This document shows, piece after piece, positions 27,385 through 37,293 of a stretch of 64,000 bases of DNA; the first letter of the stretch is position 1, and every line of letters starts with the position of its first letter. The notes beneath the pieces were generated by a model. It worked only from the letters and a program-made list of their open reading frames with translations. It did no database searches and had not been told where the DNA came from. Source of the stretch: an uncultured Gemmatimonadales bacterium (lineage in GTDB: Bacteria; Gemmatimonadota; Gemmatimonadetes; Gemmatimonadales; Gemmatimonadaceae); the NCBI GenBank assembly GCA_963851265.1, contig CAWKNZ010000007.1, positions 288,001-352,000 on the forward strand, read 5' to 3'. The position numbers were made by a program, and so were the translations under genes.

Positions 27385-28146
27385 ATGTCGTTCGCCCGCC
27401 CACACCCGCCGTGTGCACGCGCCCTCGCGGCCGCGTGCACCGCAATCGCCGCGCTCGCCCTGACGAGCGACGTCGCTGCCGCCCTGCCGAGCGCTCGCCG
27501 CGGCGCGAGTCGCACCACGCACCGCGCGCACTCCACGGCGCGCGCGCGGCTGCACGCGTCGTCGCACGCGTCGTCGCACGCGCATGCCAAGGCGCGTGCA
27601 CGCTGGCACACGCGCCGCCACGCGCTCGCGACCGTCGCGTCCGCGTCAGCGGCGTCGGAGGCCGGGTTCGGCGGTGCGTCGCTCCGCGGGTCGCACGAGG
27701 CGGTCGACCGGGCGTACGACGCGGCGGTGCGCGACGGAATTCCGTTCGTGCACTCGAAGGGCGAACTCGAGCAGCGTGCGAACGCCGGGGAGTACGTCGC
27801 GCTGCAACGGTCGACCGGGACGTACCAACTCAAGGGCGTCGGCTCGCCGTATGTCCGTGCGGCCACGCGCAATTTCGTGACGAGCTTCGCCGCGAACTAC
27901 GCACGCACGTGTGGCGAGCCGCTCACGGTGACGAGCGCCATGCGGCCGACCACGGTCCACCTGCGCAATTCGGTGCAGAAGTCGGTACACCCGACCGGCA
28001 TGGCGGTCGATCTTCGCGCGTCACGCACCGGTTGCCGTGATTGGATGCGGACGGCGCTCCTCGGCCTCGAACGCCAGGGCATGATCGACGCGACCGAGGA
28101 GCACCATCCGGCGCACTTTCACGTGGTGGTGCTCCGCAATCCGTGA
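27385..28146 (+). CDS. DUF5715-like exported protein (M15/Hedgehog peptidase-like fold)
   Basis: Signal peptide, VTSA.R, SVHPTGMAVDL, E...P.HFHV. Confidence 0.75.
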   Translation: MSFARPHPPCARALAAACTAIAALALTSDVAAALPSARRGASRTTHRAHSTARARLHASSHASSHAHAKARARWHTRRHALATVASASAASEAGFGGASLRGSHEAVDRAYDAAVRDGIPFVHSKGELEQRANAGEYVALQRSTGTYQLKGVGSPYVRAATRNFVTSFAANYARTCGEPLTVTSAMRPTTVHLRNSVQKSVHPTGMAVDLRASRTGCRDWMRTALLGLERQGMIDATEEHHPAHFHVVVLRNP

Positions 28147-28194
28147 CCGCGGCCCGGGGGCCTCGCGCCCTCGGACCCGTGCCCGGGCACCCCG

Positions 28195-29571
28195 TCAGGC
28201 AGCGTGCGAAGGCGCGTGCACCTCGCGGTTCCCGACCGCCTGCATAGCCGCCGCGTGCGCTGCGGCCGCTCGCACGGCCGCGTGCCGGCGCCGCGGAACG
28301 TCGCCGTGCACGTGGCGTGCGTCGACGAGCGCGCGCACGTGGGCCCGCTGCAGATGATAGATCCAGCCCCCGTACGCGGCGCAGACCGCACGCGCCGCGA
28401 TCTCGACGAGCGCGGGCCCGGCCGCGGCCTCGTCGCCGTGGGCCAGCAGTGCCTGCGCGAGCGCCGCCACACCCGCTGCCGCCGCGACGCGCCAGACCGA
28501 ATGGCGGTAGCGCAGCTCGCGCCGCCCCCAGGCCTCGCCGAGCAGGTAGCCGAGCACCGCGAAACCGCACAGGCCCTCGAGTGAGCGCAGGATGTCGCCG
28601 TCGGTGAGCCCGGGGCCGCCCGCATCCTGGCCGAAGGCGAACAGGGCGAGGTAGAGCGCGAGGAACGGTGCCGCGCGGCCGATGGCCTCGCCCTCGAACC
28701 GGCGCTCGTCGCGCGAACTCCCGATCGCGCGCGTGCTGACCGCCGCCGCGGCGATCGCGGCGAGCGCGAGCCCGACGCCGAACGCCCGCGGCGCACTGCC
28801 GAGCGCCGGCAGCGCGCCGAAGCCGAACCAGAGGGCCGCTGCGCCCGCGGCCGCGGCGGCGCGGCGCGCCACGGCGGACCGCATGCGCGACGGGGCTCGA
28901 CGGCGCCGCTGCACGGTGCCGACGAGCGCCGCGCCGAACAGGCCGAGCGCGACGAGTCCGGCGGAACGCGGCGCGAACACGACATCGCCCGGCGGTCCGC
29001 CGCCGACGGTGAGCGCCGCGAGCGTCACGAGCGGGAGCGCGACGTACACGAGCCCGGTGACGGGCAACTCGAGCGCGAGCCCGCCCGCGAGCAACGCGTC
29101 GGCGCGCAGATGTCGCGCGAGCCGGCGGTGGAGCCACGCGCCGACGAGGGCGCCGAGCGCGTTGCTCGCGACGTCCGTCGGCGACGAATACCGCGCGGGC
29201 TCGAACAGCTGCGTCGTCTCGATGCACATGCTCAGCAGCAGTCCCGCACCACCCGCGCGCCAGAGCGTGCTGCGCGCGTCGGGCACCACGGCGGACCGGG
29301 TCAGCGCGTAGAGGAATCCGAGCGGCGCGAACAGCGCGATGTTGGCCACCGGGTCGAACACGCCGTTCCACCGGCTGTCCGACGCCCAGTAGGTGAGGTG
29401 AATGCCGTCGGGGACGCGGAAGTCGAAGGGCGCGAGCGTCACGACCAGCACGACCACCACGAGATAGCCGAGCACGGCGTGCCCGAGTTTGACGCCGGTG
29501 GAGGCGTACGGAGCGCCGTACGGACGTAGGGCGGGGCGGGGGCGACGATCGCGCCGGGTCGAGGTGCGCAT
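28195..29571 (-). CDS. VanZ-like membrane protein
   Basis: TL.PF.F, D.VANIALF.PLGF, S..IE..Q.F.P.R..S.TDV.SN.LG; multiple TM helices. Confidence 0.8.
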   Translation of the reverse strand: MRTSTRRDRRPRPALRPYGAPYASTGVKLGHAVLGYLVVVVLVVTLAPFDFRVPDGIHLTYWASDSRWNGVFDPVANIALFAPLGFLYALTRSAVVPDARSTLWRAGGAGLLLSMCIETTQLFEPARYSSPTDVASNALGALVGAWLHRRLARHLRADALLAGGLALELPVTGLVYVALPLVTLAALTVGGGPPGDVVFAPRSAGLVALGLFGAALVGTVQRRRRAPSRMRSAVARRAAAAAGAAALWFGFGALPALGSAPRAFGVGLALAAIAAAAVSTRAIGSSRDERRFEGEAIGRAAPFLALYLALFAFGQDAGGPGLTDGDILRSLEGLCGFAVLGYLLGEAWGRRELRYRHSVWRVAAAAGVAALAQALLAHGDEAAAGPALVEIAARAVCAAYGGWIYHLQRAHVRALVDARHVHGDVPRRRHAAVRAAAAHAAAMQAVGNREVHAPSHAA

Positions 29572-29737
29572 GGGTACCGGCGAGTGTCGACCGCCGCGGG
29601 AGTCTCCCTGAGGCAGGTGCGCCCGAGGTGTGGCGGAACCCGCGGCGGCGCGGGCACGTAGGGTGCGCGTCCGTGCGCGGCGCACGCGTCACGTGCGCCG
29701 CATGGACGGTCATCGCGTCCTCAACCCGGTACTCCGC

Positions 29738-29959
29738 ATGTCGTCGCGGTTCTCTGCGAAGGGCTCGTCGGGCAACGTCATTGCCGCCGTGTGCTCGTTC
29801 CTCATCCCCGGCCTGGGCCAGCTCGTGCAAGGGCGGGGCGGGAAGGCCATCCTGCATTTCGTCCTGGGCGCGGTGCTCTGGGCGGCGTCTTTCGGCACGC
29901 TCGGGTGGGTCATGCACCTTTGGTCCGCGTACGAAGCCGCTCGCTGGGACGGGGTGTGA
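29738..29959 (+). CDS. Small membrane protein (TM2-like)
   Basis: AAVCSFLIPGLGQLVQGR..KA...F. Confidence 0.8.
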   Translation: MSSRFSAKGSSGNVIAAVCSFLIPGLGQLVQGRGGKAILHFVLGAVLWAASFGTLGWVMHLWSAYEAARWDGV

Positions 29960-31101
29960 GCGCAGCGCCGACGGCCGACACCGCGGCCGCACCGCTCGCG
30001 GTCGCGATGCCGGCCGCGCGCGAGGCGGTTGAGACGTTTCTGGCCGACGTGCCGCGCACCGGTCGCCTGGTCGTCTTCTGTCACTTCGACGCCGACGGGC
30101 TCGCTGCCGGAGCCGTCGCGGGGCGCGCCCTCGCCCGACTCGGGTTCACCGGCGTCGAGGTCGTGCCGTCGCGGCGCGGCGAGAGCGCGTTCAGTGACGG
30201 CGCCCGCGCGCGGCTCGCGGCCCTCGCCCCGGACGCGCTCGTCGTGACCGACCTCGGCGTCAAGGGGACCGGAGTACTGCCGGGCGTTCCCACGCTCTAC
30301 GTGGACCACCACCAGCCCGACGGACTCCCGACCGGCGCCGCCGTCGTGGTGTCCGGGTATGGTTGGGACCCCGTGCCCAACTCGGCGTGGATGATGTGGG
30401 AGCTGCTGGCGCCCCGCGCCGCCGCCGCCGGCGCGCCGATCGACGACCTGCTCTGGGTGGCGGCCGTGGGCACGATCAGCGACCTGGGCGAGAAAGCGCC
30501 GTGGGAGCGACTGCCCGACGTCCGCAAGCGGTACACGGCGAAGTGGCTGAAGGAGGCGGTCGCGCTCGTCAACGCGGCGCGGCGCGCGACGGCGTTCGAC
30601 ATCGACACGCCGCTCGAACTCCTGATGACGGCGGACGGCCCGCGGGCGGTGAGCGAGGACGATGCGTCAGGCGCCGGCCGGCTGCGCGCGTACCGGGCGG
30701 AGGTCGGCGCCGCGCTGGCCGAGGCGCGGAAGCGTGCGCCGTTCTTCGCCGGCGGCGGCAGTCCGTGGGCGATGGTGCCCGCCGCGAGCGGGTGCCAGAT
30801 CCACCCGCTCATCGCGCAGCAGTGGCGCGGTCGGCTGCCGAAGCACGCGGTGATGGGCGCCAACGCGGCCTACCTGCCGGGGGTGGTCGCATTCTCGTGT
30901 CGCACGGCGCGCACCGACCTCAACCTGCCGACGACGTTGCGCGGCGCGATCGACCTCGGCGCGCTCAACGCCGATTTCGGCAACGGACACGATCAGGCGA
31001 GTGGCGGGCACCTGCCGCCGGAGCCGTTCGACCGTCTGCTCGCGGCGCTCGGTTTCGACGCGCGGGCGCGCGCCGCGCTCGGGCACGGGGGCCTGGGGTA
31101 G
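29956..31101 (+). CDS. DHH-family phosphoesterase (RecJ/NrnA-like)
   Basis: HFDADG, TDLG, VDHH, GTISD, GHDQASGG; GTGA overlap. Confidence 0.85.
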   Translation: MSAAPTADTAAAPLAVAMPAAREAVETFLADVPRTGRLVVFCHFDADGLAAGAVAGRALARLGFTGVEVVPSRRGESAFSDGARARLAALAPDALVVTDLGVKGTGVLPGVPTLYVDHHQPDGLPTGAAVVVSGYGWDPVPNSAWMMWELLAPRAAAAGAPIDDLLWVAAVGTISDLGEKAPWERLPDVRKRYTAKWLKEAVALVNAARRATAFDIDTPLELLMTADGPRAVSEDDASGAGRLRAYRAEVGAALAEARKRAPFFAGGGSPWAMVPAASGCQIHPLIAQQWRGRLPKHAVMGANAAYLPGVVAFSCRTARTDLNLPTTLRGAIDLGALNADFGNGHDQASGGHLPPEPFDRLLAALGFDARARAALGHGGLG

Positions 31102-31193
31102 AGCGGGGGTGAGTTGTGGCCGGGCTTCGTTTGGCCGCGGCCGGATCGTGTCCGGGTGGCCGGTCTTGCCCCTCGCGGGTACGTTCTCCACCT

Positions 31194-31234
31194 TTACCGA
31201 ACGCTGTTCGTCGTCGGTTACCGAACAACGTTCG
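31194..31234. promoter_or_regulatory. Tandem operator TTAC-CGAAC-N3-GTTCG (two copies)
   Basis: TTACCGAACGCTGTTCG at 31194 and TTACCGAACAACGTTCG at 31218, 24-bp period, upstream of the acyl-CoA dehydrogenase. Confidence 0.65.
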
Positions 31235-31277
31235 CCGCGCGCGATCGTCACGTCTCGCACCCGAGAACCCCGCCCCG

Positions 31278-33086
31278 ATGCCGACCTACAAGGCCCCACT
31301 CGACGACGTCCGCTTCCTGCTCAACGACGTGCTCGCCGTCGAGGAGCTGAGCAAGCTCCCCGGCTACGAGGAGGCGACCCCGGACCTGCTGCTCGCCGTG
31401 CTCGAGGAGGGAGGCACGCTGTGTGAGGACGTGCTCCAGCCGATCAACCAGAGCGGCGACGCCGAGGGGTGCCGGATCGAGGGCGGGCAGGTGTTCACGC
31501 CGACGGGGTTCAAGGAGGCGTACGCCGAGTTCGTGCAGGGCGGCTGGCCGGCGATGACCGGCGACCCCGCGTACGGCGGCCAGGGGCTGCCGCACCTGAC
31601 GCGCTTCATCTTCGACGAGTTTCTCTGCTCGGCCAACCTGTCGTTCTCGATGTACCCGGAGCTCGGGCACGGGGCGGCGATGACGCTCGAAAAGTGGGGG
31701 GATGCGGCGCTCAAGGACCGCTTCCTCGCCAAGATGACAGACGGCACGTGGGGCGGGACGATGTGCCTCACGGAGGCGCACGCGGGCACCGACCTGGGCA
31801 TGATCCGCACGAAGGCCGTCCCCGCCGGCGACGGCTCCTACGTGCTGACCGGGCAGAAGATCTTCATCTCGGCCGGCGACCACGACCTCGCCGAAAACAT
31901 CTGCCACCTCGTGCTGGCCAAGCTGCCCGACGCCCCGGCCGGCACGCGCGGCATCTCGATGTTCCTCGTGCCCAAGTTCGTGCCTAACGAGGACGGCACG
32001 CCCGGGGCCTTCAACAACGTCTCGTGCAGCTCCATCGAGCACAAGATGGGGATCAAGGCGAACGCGACCTGCGTCATCAACTTCGACGAGGCGCGCGGCT
32101 GGCTCGTCGGCGAGGTGAACCGTGGCATGCGCGCGATGTTCACGATGATGAACGGCGCGCGGCTCGGCGTCGGGATGCAGGGCCTCGGGCTGGCCGAGGT
32201 GAGCTACCAGAACGCGCTGGCCTACGCCAAGGACCGCGTGCAGGGGCGCGCGCTCACCGGCCCGAAGAACCCGGCCGGCGACGCCGACCCGATCGTCGTG
32301 CACCCCGACGTCCGGCGCATGCTGCTCACGATGAAGGCGTACGTCGAGGGCGAGCGTGCGCTCGCGTACTGGGTCGGCAAGATGATCGACGTCGAGGAGA
32401 AGTCGACCGACCCCGAGCAGAAGGAGGAAGCCGGCGACCTCGTCGCGCTGATGACGCCGATCATAAAGGCGTTCCTCACCGACACCGGCTTCGAGGTGAC
32501 CAACCTCGGCCTGCAGATCTACGGCGGTCACGGCTACGTGCGGGAGTGGGGGATGGAGCAGTTCGTGCGCGACGCGCGCATCGCACAGATCTACGAGGGG
32601 ACGAACGGGGTGCAGGCCATGGACCTCATCGGCCGCAAGGTGCCCGAGGGCGGCGGGCGGCTGCTGCGCCGCTGGCTCAAGCTCGTGCAGGACGACGTGA
32701 AGGCGGCGGCGGGCGACGGGCGCGTGGCCGACCTCGCGAAGTCGCTCGGCGAGGCGCTCCGCACGCTTCAGGAGACCACGGCGCACGTCATGCAAGCCGC
32801 GATGAAGAACCCGGACGAGGCGGGCGCCGCGGCGGCCGACTTCCTCCGACTCATGGGCACCGTCGCGACGGGGTGGATGTGGCTGAAGATGGCGCGGGTC
32901 GCGCTCGAGAAGTTGCCGACCGCCAACGGGGACGCGGGCTTCTACGACGCGAAGGTCAAGACGGCGCGGTTCTACATGACCAAGCTCCTGCCGCAGGTGC
33001 AGGCGCTCAGCGCATCGATCAGGGCGGGCGCGGCGCCGGTGATGGAGCCGATGCTGGACTTCGAGGGAGCGCTCACGCTGGCGTAA
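31278..33086 (+). CDS. Acyl-CoA dehydrogenase (~600 aa type)
   Basis: MCLTE..AGTD, G.KIFIS.G, EHKMGI, GG.GY..E.G.EQ..RD.RI..IYEGTNG.QA. Confidence 0.95.
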   Translation: MPTYKAPLDDVRFLLNDVLAVEELSKLPGYEEATPDLLLAVLEEGGTLCEDVLQPINQSGDAEGCRIEGGQVFTPTGFKEAYAEFVQGGWPAMTGDPAYGGQGLPHLTRFIFDEFLCSANLSFSMYPELGHGAAMTLEKWGDAALKDRFLAKMTDGTWGGTMCLTEAHAGTDLGMIRTKAVPAGDGSYVLTGQKIFISAGDHDLAENICHLVLAKLPDAPAGTRGISMFLVPKFVPNEDGTPGAFNNVSCSSIEHKMGIKANATCVINFDEARGWLVGEVNRGMRAMFTMMNGARLGVGMQGLGLAEVSYQNALAYAKDRVQGRALTGPKNPAGDADPIVVHPDVRRMLLTMKAYVEGERALAYWVGKMIDVEEKSTDPEQKEEAGDLVALMTPIIKAFLTDTGFEVTNLGLQIYGGHGYVREWGMEQFVRDARIAQIYEGTNGVQAMDLIGRKVPEGGGRLLRRWLKLVQDDVKAAAGDGRVADLAKSLGEALRTLQETTAHVMQAAMKNPDEAGAAAADFLRLMGTVATGWMWLKMARVALEKLPTANGDAGFYDAKVKTARFYMTKLLPQVQALSASIRAGAAPVMEPMLDFEGALTLA

Positions 33087-33160
33087 CCACTGCCCCGATC
33101 GTCGAGCACGCACGGGGACCCGCGCCGGCACCGGCGCGGGTCCCCGTACTGCTGCTCGCA

Positions 33161-34315
33161 GTGGCCGGCGGGCTCGTCGTCGCCAATCTGTACTACAACC
33201 AGCCGCTGCTGGCGAGCATGGCGCACGACCTCGGCGCCTCCGAGACGGCAATCGCGCCCGTGGCGACGCTCACGCAGGTGGGGTACGCGCTCGGGCTGTT
33301 CGCGGTCGTGCCGCTGGCCGATATCGCCGAGCGGCGCCGTCTCCTCGTCGTGCTCGTGCTGGGCGCGGCCGTCGCACTGGTCGGCGCGGCGCTCGCGCCG
33401 AACGCCGCCCTCCTCTCGGCGGCCAGCCTCGCGATCGGGTTACTCTCGGTCGCGCCGCAGGTGATCATGCCGATCGCGGCGGATCTCGCGCCCGCGGCCG
33501 AACGCGGGCGCATCGTCGGCACGGTGCTGAGCGGCCTGCTGATCGGCATCCTCATGGGGCGTGTCGTGAGCGGCGCGGTGGGCGAACGGTTCGGATGGCG
33601 CCCGGTGTTCTGGGCCGCGGCGGCGGCGATGGTCGTGCTGGCCGCCGTGCTGCGCGCGCGGCTCCCGCTGAGCCGTGCCGCGTCGACGCTCTCGTACCGC
33701 GAACTCCTCGTGTCGCTGCCGGCCGTCGCGCGGCAGTGGGCGGCGCTGCGCGAATCGGCACTATTCGGAGCACTCGCCTTCGCGAGCTTCTCGGTGTTCT
33801 GGACGACGCTGCCCTTCCATCTCGCCGCGCTTCCCGGCCACTACGGCAGCGGCGCGGCGGGCGGGTTCGGACTCGTCGGCGTGGTCGGCGCGCTCGCGGC
33901 GTCGTTGGTCGGGCGCCGCAACGATCGCGGCGATCCGCGCCAATCGATCGGCGTCGGTCTGGCCGCGACGATGGTCGCCTGGCTCGCGCTCGGTCTGCTC
34001 GGCAACTCGCTGGCCGGCATCGCCGCCGGTGTCATCCTGCTCGACCTCGGCGTCCAGGCAGCTCACGTGAGCAATCAAGCGCGCATCTTCGCGCTCGACG
34101 ACGCGGCGCGCGGGCGCATCAACGCGGTCTACATGGTCGCGTACTTCGTCGGCGGCGCGCTCGGGTCGGCGGTCGGGGCCGCGGCGTGGGTGCGCGGCGG
34201 GTGGCCGGCCGTGAGTGGCACCGGCGCCGCGTTCGCCGCACTCGCGCTCGGCGTGTGGGCCGCGCGCCGGCCAGCCATGCTCCGCGCCGCCATGGCGCAA
34301 CGCGCGCATGGCTGA
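33161..34315 (+). CDS. MFS transporter
   Basis: VANLYYNQPLL, TQ.GYA.GL...PL.D..ERRR; ~12 TM helices; start uncertain. Confidence 0.88.
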   Translation: MAGGLVVANLYYNQPLLASMAHDLGASETAIAPVATLTQVGYALGLFAVVPLADIAERRRLLVVLVLGAAVALVGAALAPNAALLSAASLAIGLLSVAPQVIMPIAADLAPAAERGRIVGTVLSGLLIGILMGRVVSGAVGERFGWRPVFWAAAAAMVVLAAVLRARLPLSRAASTLSYRELLVSLPAVARQWAALRESALFGALAFASFSVFWTTLPFHLAALPGHYGSGAAGGFGLVGVVGALAASLVGRRNDRGDPRQSIGVGLAATMVAWLALGLLGNSLAGIAAGVILLDLGVQAAHVSNQARIFALDDAARGRINAVYMVAYFVGGALGSAVGAAAWVRGGWPAVSGTGAAFAALALGVWAARRPAMLRAAMAQRAHG

Positions 34316-35060
34316 GCCCAACGGGGCGACGCCGGCGATGCCGGCGACGGCGGTGCTCCTTCACTTCTTCGGCGGCACCTCGCGCACCTGGACCGAAGTG
34401 CGCGCCCGTCTCGACGCGCGCGGCGTGCGCTCGATCGCCCCCGACCTGCGCGGGTTCGGGACCGCGATGGACGCGCCGGGCCCGTACACGGTGGACGCGT
34501 ACGCCGACGACGTGGCGGCCCTCGCAGAACGCGAAGCCGGCGATCGCTGGGTGCTCGTCGGACACTCGATGGGTGGTAAGATCGCGTTCGCGGTCGCCGC
34601 GCGCCGACTGGCGGGGCTGGTCGCGCTCGTGCTCGTGGCGCCCTCGCCGCCCTGGCCGGAGCCGATGGCGGAGGCGGATCGCGCGCGGCTGCTTGCGGCG
34701 TACGGCGACCGCAGCGCGGCCGCGACCACCATCGACCGCATAACCGCACACCCGCTCGTCGGCGCCGTACGCGAGCGGACCCTCGACGACGAACTGCGCG
34801 CGGGCGCGGATGCGTGGCGCGCGTGGCTCGAGTGCGGCAGTCGCGAGGACCTGTCGGCGCGTGCGCCCGACGTCGCGGTCCCGGTGCTGGTGTTGGCCGG
34901 GGAAAGGGACGGCGGGATCACGCCCGCCGTTGCTGGCGCGGTCGCCGCGGCGCTTCGTGGAACGGCGCGCACGGTGCCCGACGCAGGTCACCTGCTGCCG
35001 CTCGAGGCGACCGACGTCGTGGCGGCGGCGATCACCACCGCCGCCACGACTGGTCGTTAG
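34308..35060 (+). CDS. Alpha/beta hydrolase
   Basis: LLHFFGG, DLRGFG, GHSMGG, G.RD, GHL.PLE. Confidence 0.9.
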   Translation: MAEPNGATPAMPATAVLLHFFGGTSRTWTEVRARLDARGVRSIAPDLRGFGTAMDAPGPYTVDAYADDVAALAEREAGDRWVLVGHSMGGKIAFAVAARRLAGLVALVLVAPSPPWPEPMAEADRARLLAAYGDRSAAATTIDRITAHPLVGAVRERTLDDELRAGADAWRAWLECGSREDLSARAPDVAVPVLVLAGERDGGITPAVAGAVAAALRGTARTVPDAGHLLPLEATDVVAAAITTAATTGR

Positions 35061-35419
35061 GAGCCGCCGACCTGCGTCGACACCGCCGCGAGGCGGTCAG
35101 CCAGCTGGTTCAGCCCACCACCGAGCGGGCCGGCGCCGCCGGCGATCGTCCGCGTCTGCGACGCGAGCTGCGACAGCAGGCTGCCGATGCTCGTGCCGCC
35201 CGACGTCGCGTTGGAGCCGCCGGCCGACGCACCGCCCGACAGCTGCTGGTGCAGGGCGGTGAGGGTGCCGCCGATCTGCTCGGTGCCGGGGACGCCCTTG
35301 AGCGCGCCGAGTACCTGCTCGATCGCGCTCGCGCCCTGCTTCGGGTCGAGCGTGGTGAGCGCATCCGTGACCGACTGGACGATCGCGGTGATCCCGCCCA
35401 TGCCGCTATTCTGTGTCAT
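35057..35419 (-). CDS. Small Gly-rich helical hypothetical protein (120 aa)
   Basis: MTQNSGMGGITAIVQSVTDAL...; non-shadow composition; stop overlaps the hydrolase stop. Confidence 0.7.
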   Translation of the reverse strand: MTQNSGMGGITAIVQSVTDALTTLDPKQGASAIEQVLGALKGVPGTEQIGGTLTALHQQLSGGASAGGSNATSGGTSIGSLLSQLASQTRTIAGGAGPLGGGLNQLADRLAAVSTQVGGS

Positions 35420-35500
35420 GACTCGTAACCCCGTGCTGAAATGAGAGATCGGACCGGTTACACGTCCGCTGGTAGGCGCGTAGGTCCGGGTCGCGAATGC

Positions 35501-37291
35501 ATGGCGCGGGCGCGCGGTTCCTGCCGCGCGCGATCGCGCGCCTCGCGAATCGCGCGGCTCGCGTGCGCCGGCGTGTTCGCCGCCATCGCCGCGTGCGTTC
35601 CATACCGCGCGTCGGGCGCGCAGGCGGGGGGCGGTGCGGTGCCCGCGGCAGATCGCTGGTGGCGCGAGGGCGTCGTGTACCAGGTGTACCCGCGATCGTT
35701 TCAGGACAGTAACGGTGACGGCGTCGGTGACCTGAAAGGCATCACGAGCCGCCTCGATTACCTGCGCTGGTTCGGCGTCGACGCGATCTGGATCTCTCCG
35801 TTCTTCGCGTCGCCGCAGCGCGACTTCGGCTACGACGTCAGCGACTACCGCGCGGTCGACCCACGCTTCGGCACGCTCGCCGATTTCGACGCGCTCGTCG
35901 CGGCGGCGCACGCGCGCGGCATCCGCGTGATACTCGACTTCGTCGCCAACCACACGTCCGACCAACACGCGTGGTTTGCGGCGTCGCGGAGCGCGCGCAC
36001 AAATCCCAAACGCGACTGGTACGTGTGGCGCGACCCCGCCCCGGGCGGCGGGCCGCCCAACAACTGGCGGTCGGTGTTCGGCGGCAGCGCGTGGACGCGC
36101 GACTCGGCGACGGGGCAGTACTACTTCCACCAGTTCCTCGCGGCGCAGCCGGACCTGAACTGGCGCAACCCGGCGGTGCGTCAGGCGATGTACGCCGTGA
36201 TGCGGTTCTGGCTCGACCGCGGCGCCGACGGATTTCGGCTCGACGCGTTTCCGCACACCGTCGAGGATTCGCTCTTCCGCGACAACCCGGTCGCCGCGCA
36301 CCCCGACGCAGGGCACGGCGACTACGACCAGCTCGACCCGGTCTACACGACGCACCGCCCCGAGAACTACGCGCTGCTCTGCGAGATGCGGCGCGTGATG
36401 GATGCGTACACGACCCGCGGCGCGCGCCCGAGCGCGCGCATTCTCCTCCCCGAGGTGTTCACGACGCCGCAGCGCCTCACGCGCTACTACGGCGACCGGG
36501 GATGCGGGGCGCAACTGCCGTCCAACTACGCTCTCTCGGGTGTCCCGTGGTCGGCCGACACCGTGTTTCAACGCGTGTCGGCGTACGAGGGCGCGCTCGC
36601 GCCGTGGATGGCGCGGGATTGGGCGCTCGGCAACCACGACACGAAGCGCCTGGCGACGAGCGTCGGACCGGCGGCCGCGCGCGCGGCGGCCGTGTTGCTG
36701 CTGACGCTCCGTGGAACGCCCACCATCTACTACGGCGACGAGATCGGGATGCACGACGTGCCGATTCCGCCCGAGTTGGTGCAGGACCCGGCAGAAAAAC
36801 AGCAGCCGGGCATCGGCGTGGGGCGCGATCCGGAACGCACACCGATGCAGTGGGACGGCACGCCGGGTGCGGGATTCACGAACGGCCGCCCGTGGCTCCC
36901 GATCGCGCCGGACGCGCGCACGGCCAACGTCGGGGTCGAGCGCGCGGACTCCGCGTCGATGCTCACGCTCTACCACGACCTGCTCACCTTGCGCCGCGGG
37001 GAGCCCGCGCTCGCGCGCGGGAGCTTCCGCATGCTGCCGCGGCAGGGCGACGTGCTCGCGTACGTGCGCGACGACTCCGCGGGCGGACGGCGATTCCTCG
37101 TGGTCGTGAACTTCGGGGCGACGCCGGCGACGTACGCGCCCGGGCAGGATGCGGCGGGCCTGACCGACGGCGGGCGCCGGACGGCGGCCGTTGTCGCCGG
37201 CACGCACCGGGGTGCGTCGCTCACGTCGGTCGATCGCATCGCGCTCCGGCCGAACGAGGCCGTGGTCGTGCGCCTCGCGCGTCGGGGCTGA
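35501..37291 (+). CDS. GH13 alpha-glucosidase / oligo-1,6-glucosidase-like, with putative signal peptide
   Basis: YQVYPRSFQDSNGDG.GD, NHTS, DGFRLDA, LLPE, GNHD, YYGDEIGM. Confidence 0.93.
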   Translation: MARARGSCRARSRASRIARLACAGVFAAIAACVPYRASGAQAGGGAVPAADRWWREGVVYQVYPRSFQDSNGDGVGDLKGITSRLDYLRWFGVDAIWISPFFASPQRDFGYDVSDYRAVDPRFGTLADFDALVAAAHARGIRVILDFVANHTSDQHAWFAASRSARTNPKRDWYVWRDPAPGGGPPNNWRSVFGGSAWTRDSATGQYYFHQFLAAQPDLNWRNPAVRQAMYAVMRFWLDRGADGFRLDAFPHTVEDSLFRDNPVAAHPDAGHGDYDQLDPVYTTHRPENYALLCEMRRVMDAYTTRGARPSARILLPEVFTTPQRLTRYYGDRGCGAQLPSNYALSGVPWSADTVFQRVSAYEGALAPWMARDWALGNHDTKRLATSVGPAAARAAAVLLLTLRGTPTIYYGDEIGMHDVPIPPELVQDPAEKQQPGIGVGRDPERTPMQWDGTPGAGFTNGRPWLPIAPDARTANVGVERADSASMLTLYHDLLTLRRGEPALARGSFRMLPRQGDVLAYVRDDSAGGRRFLVVVNFGATPATYAPGQDAAGLTDGGRRTAAVVAGTHRGASLTSVDRIALRPNEAVVVRLARRG

Positions 37292-37293
37292 CC

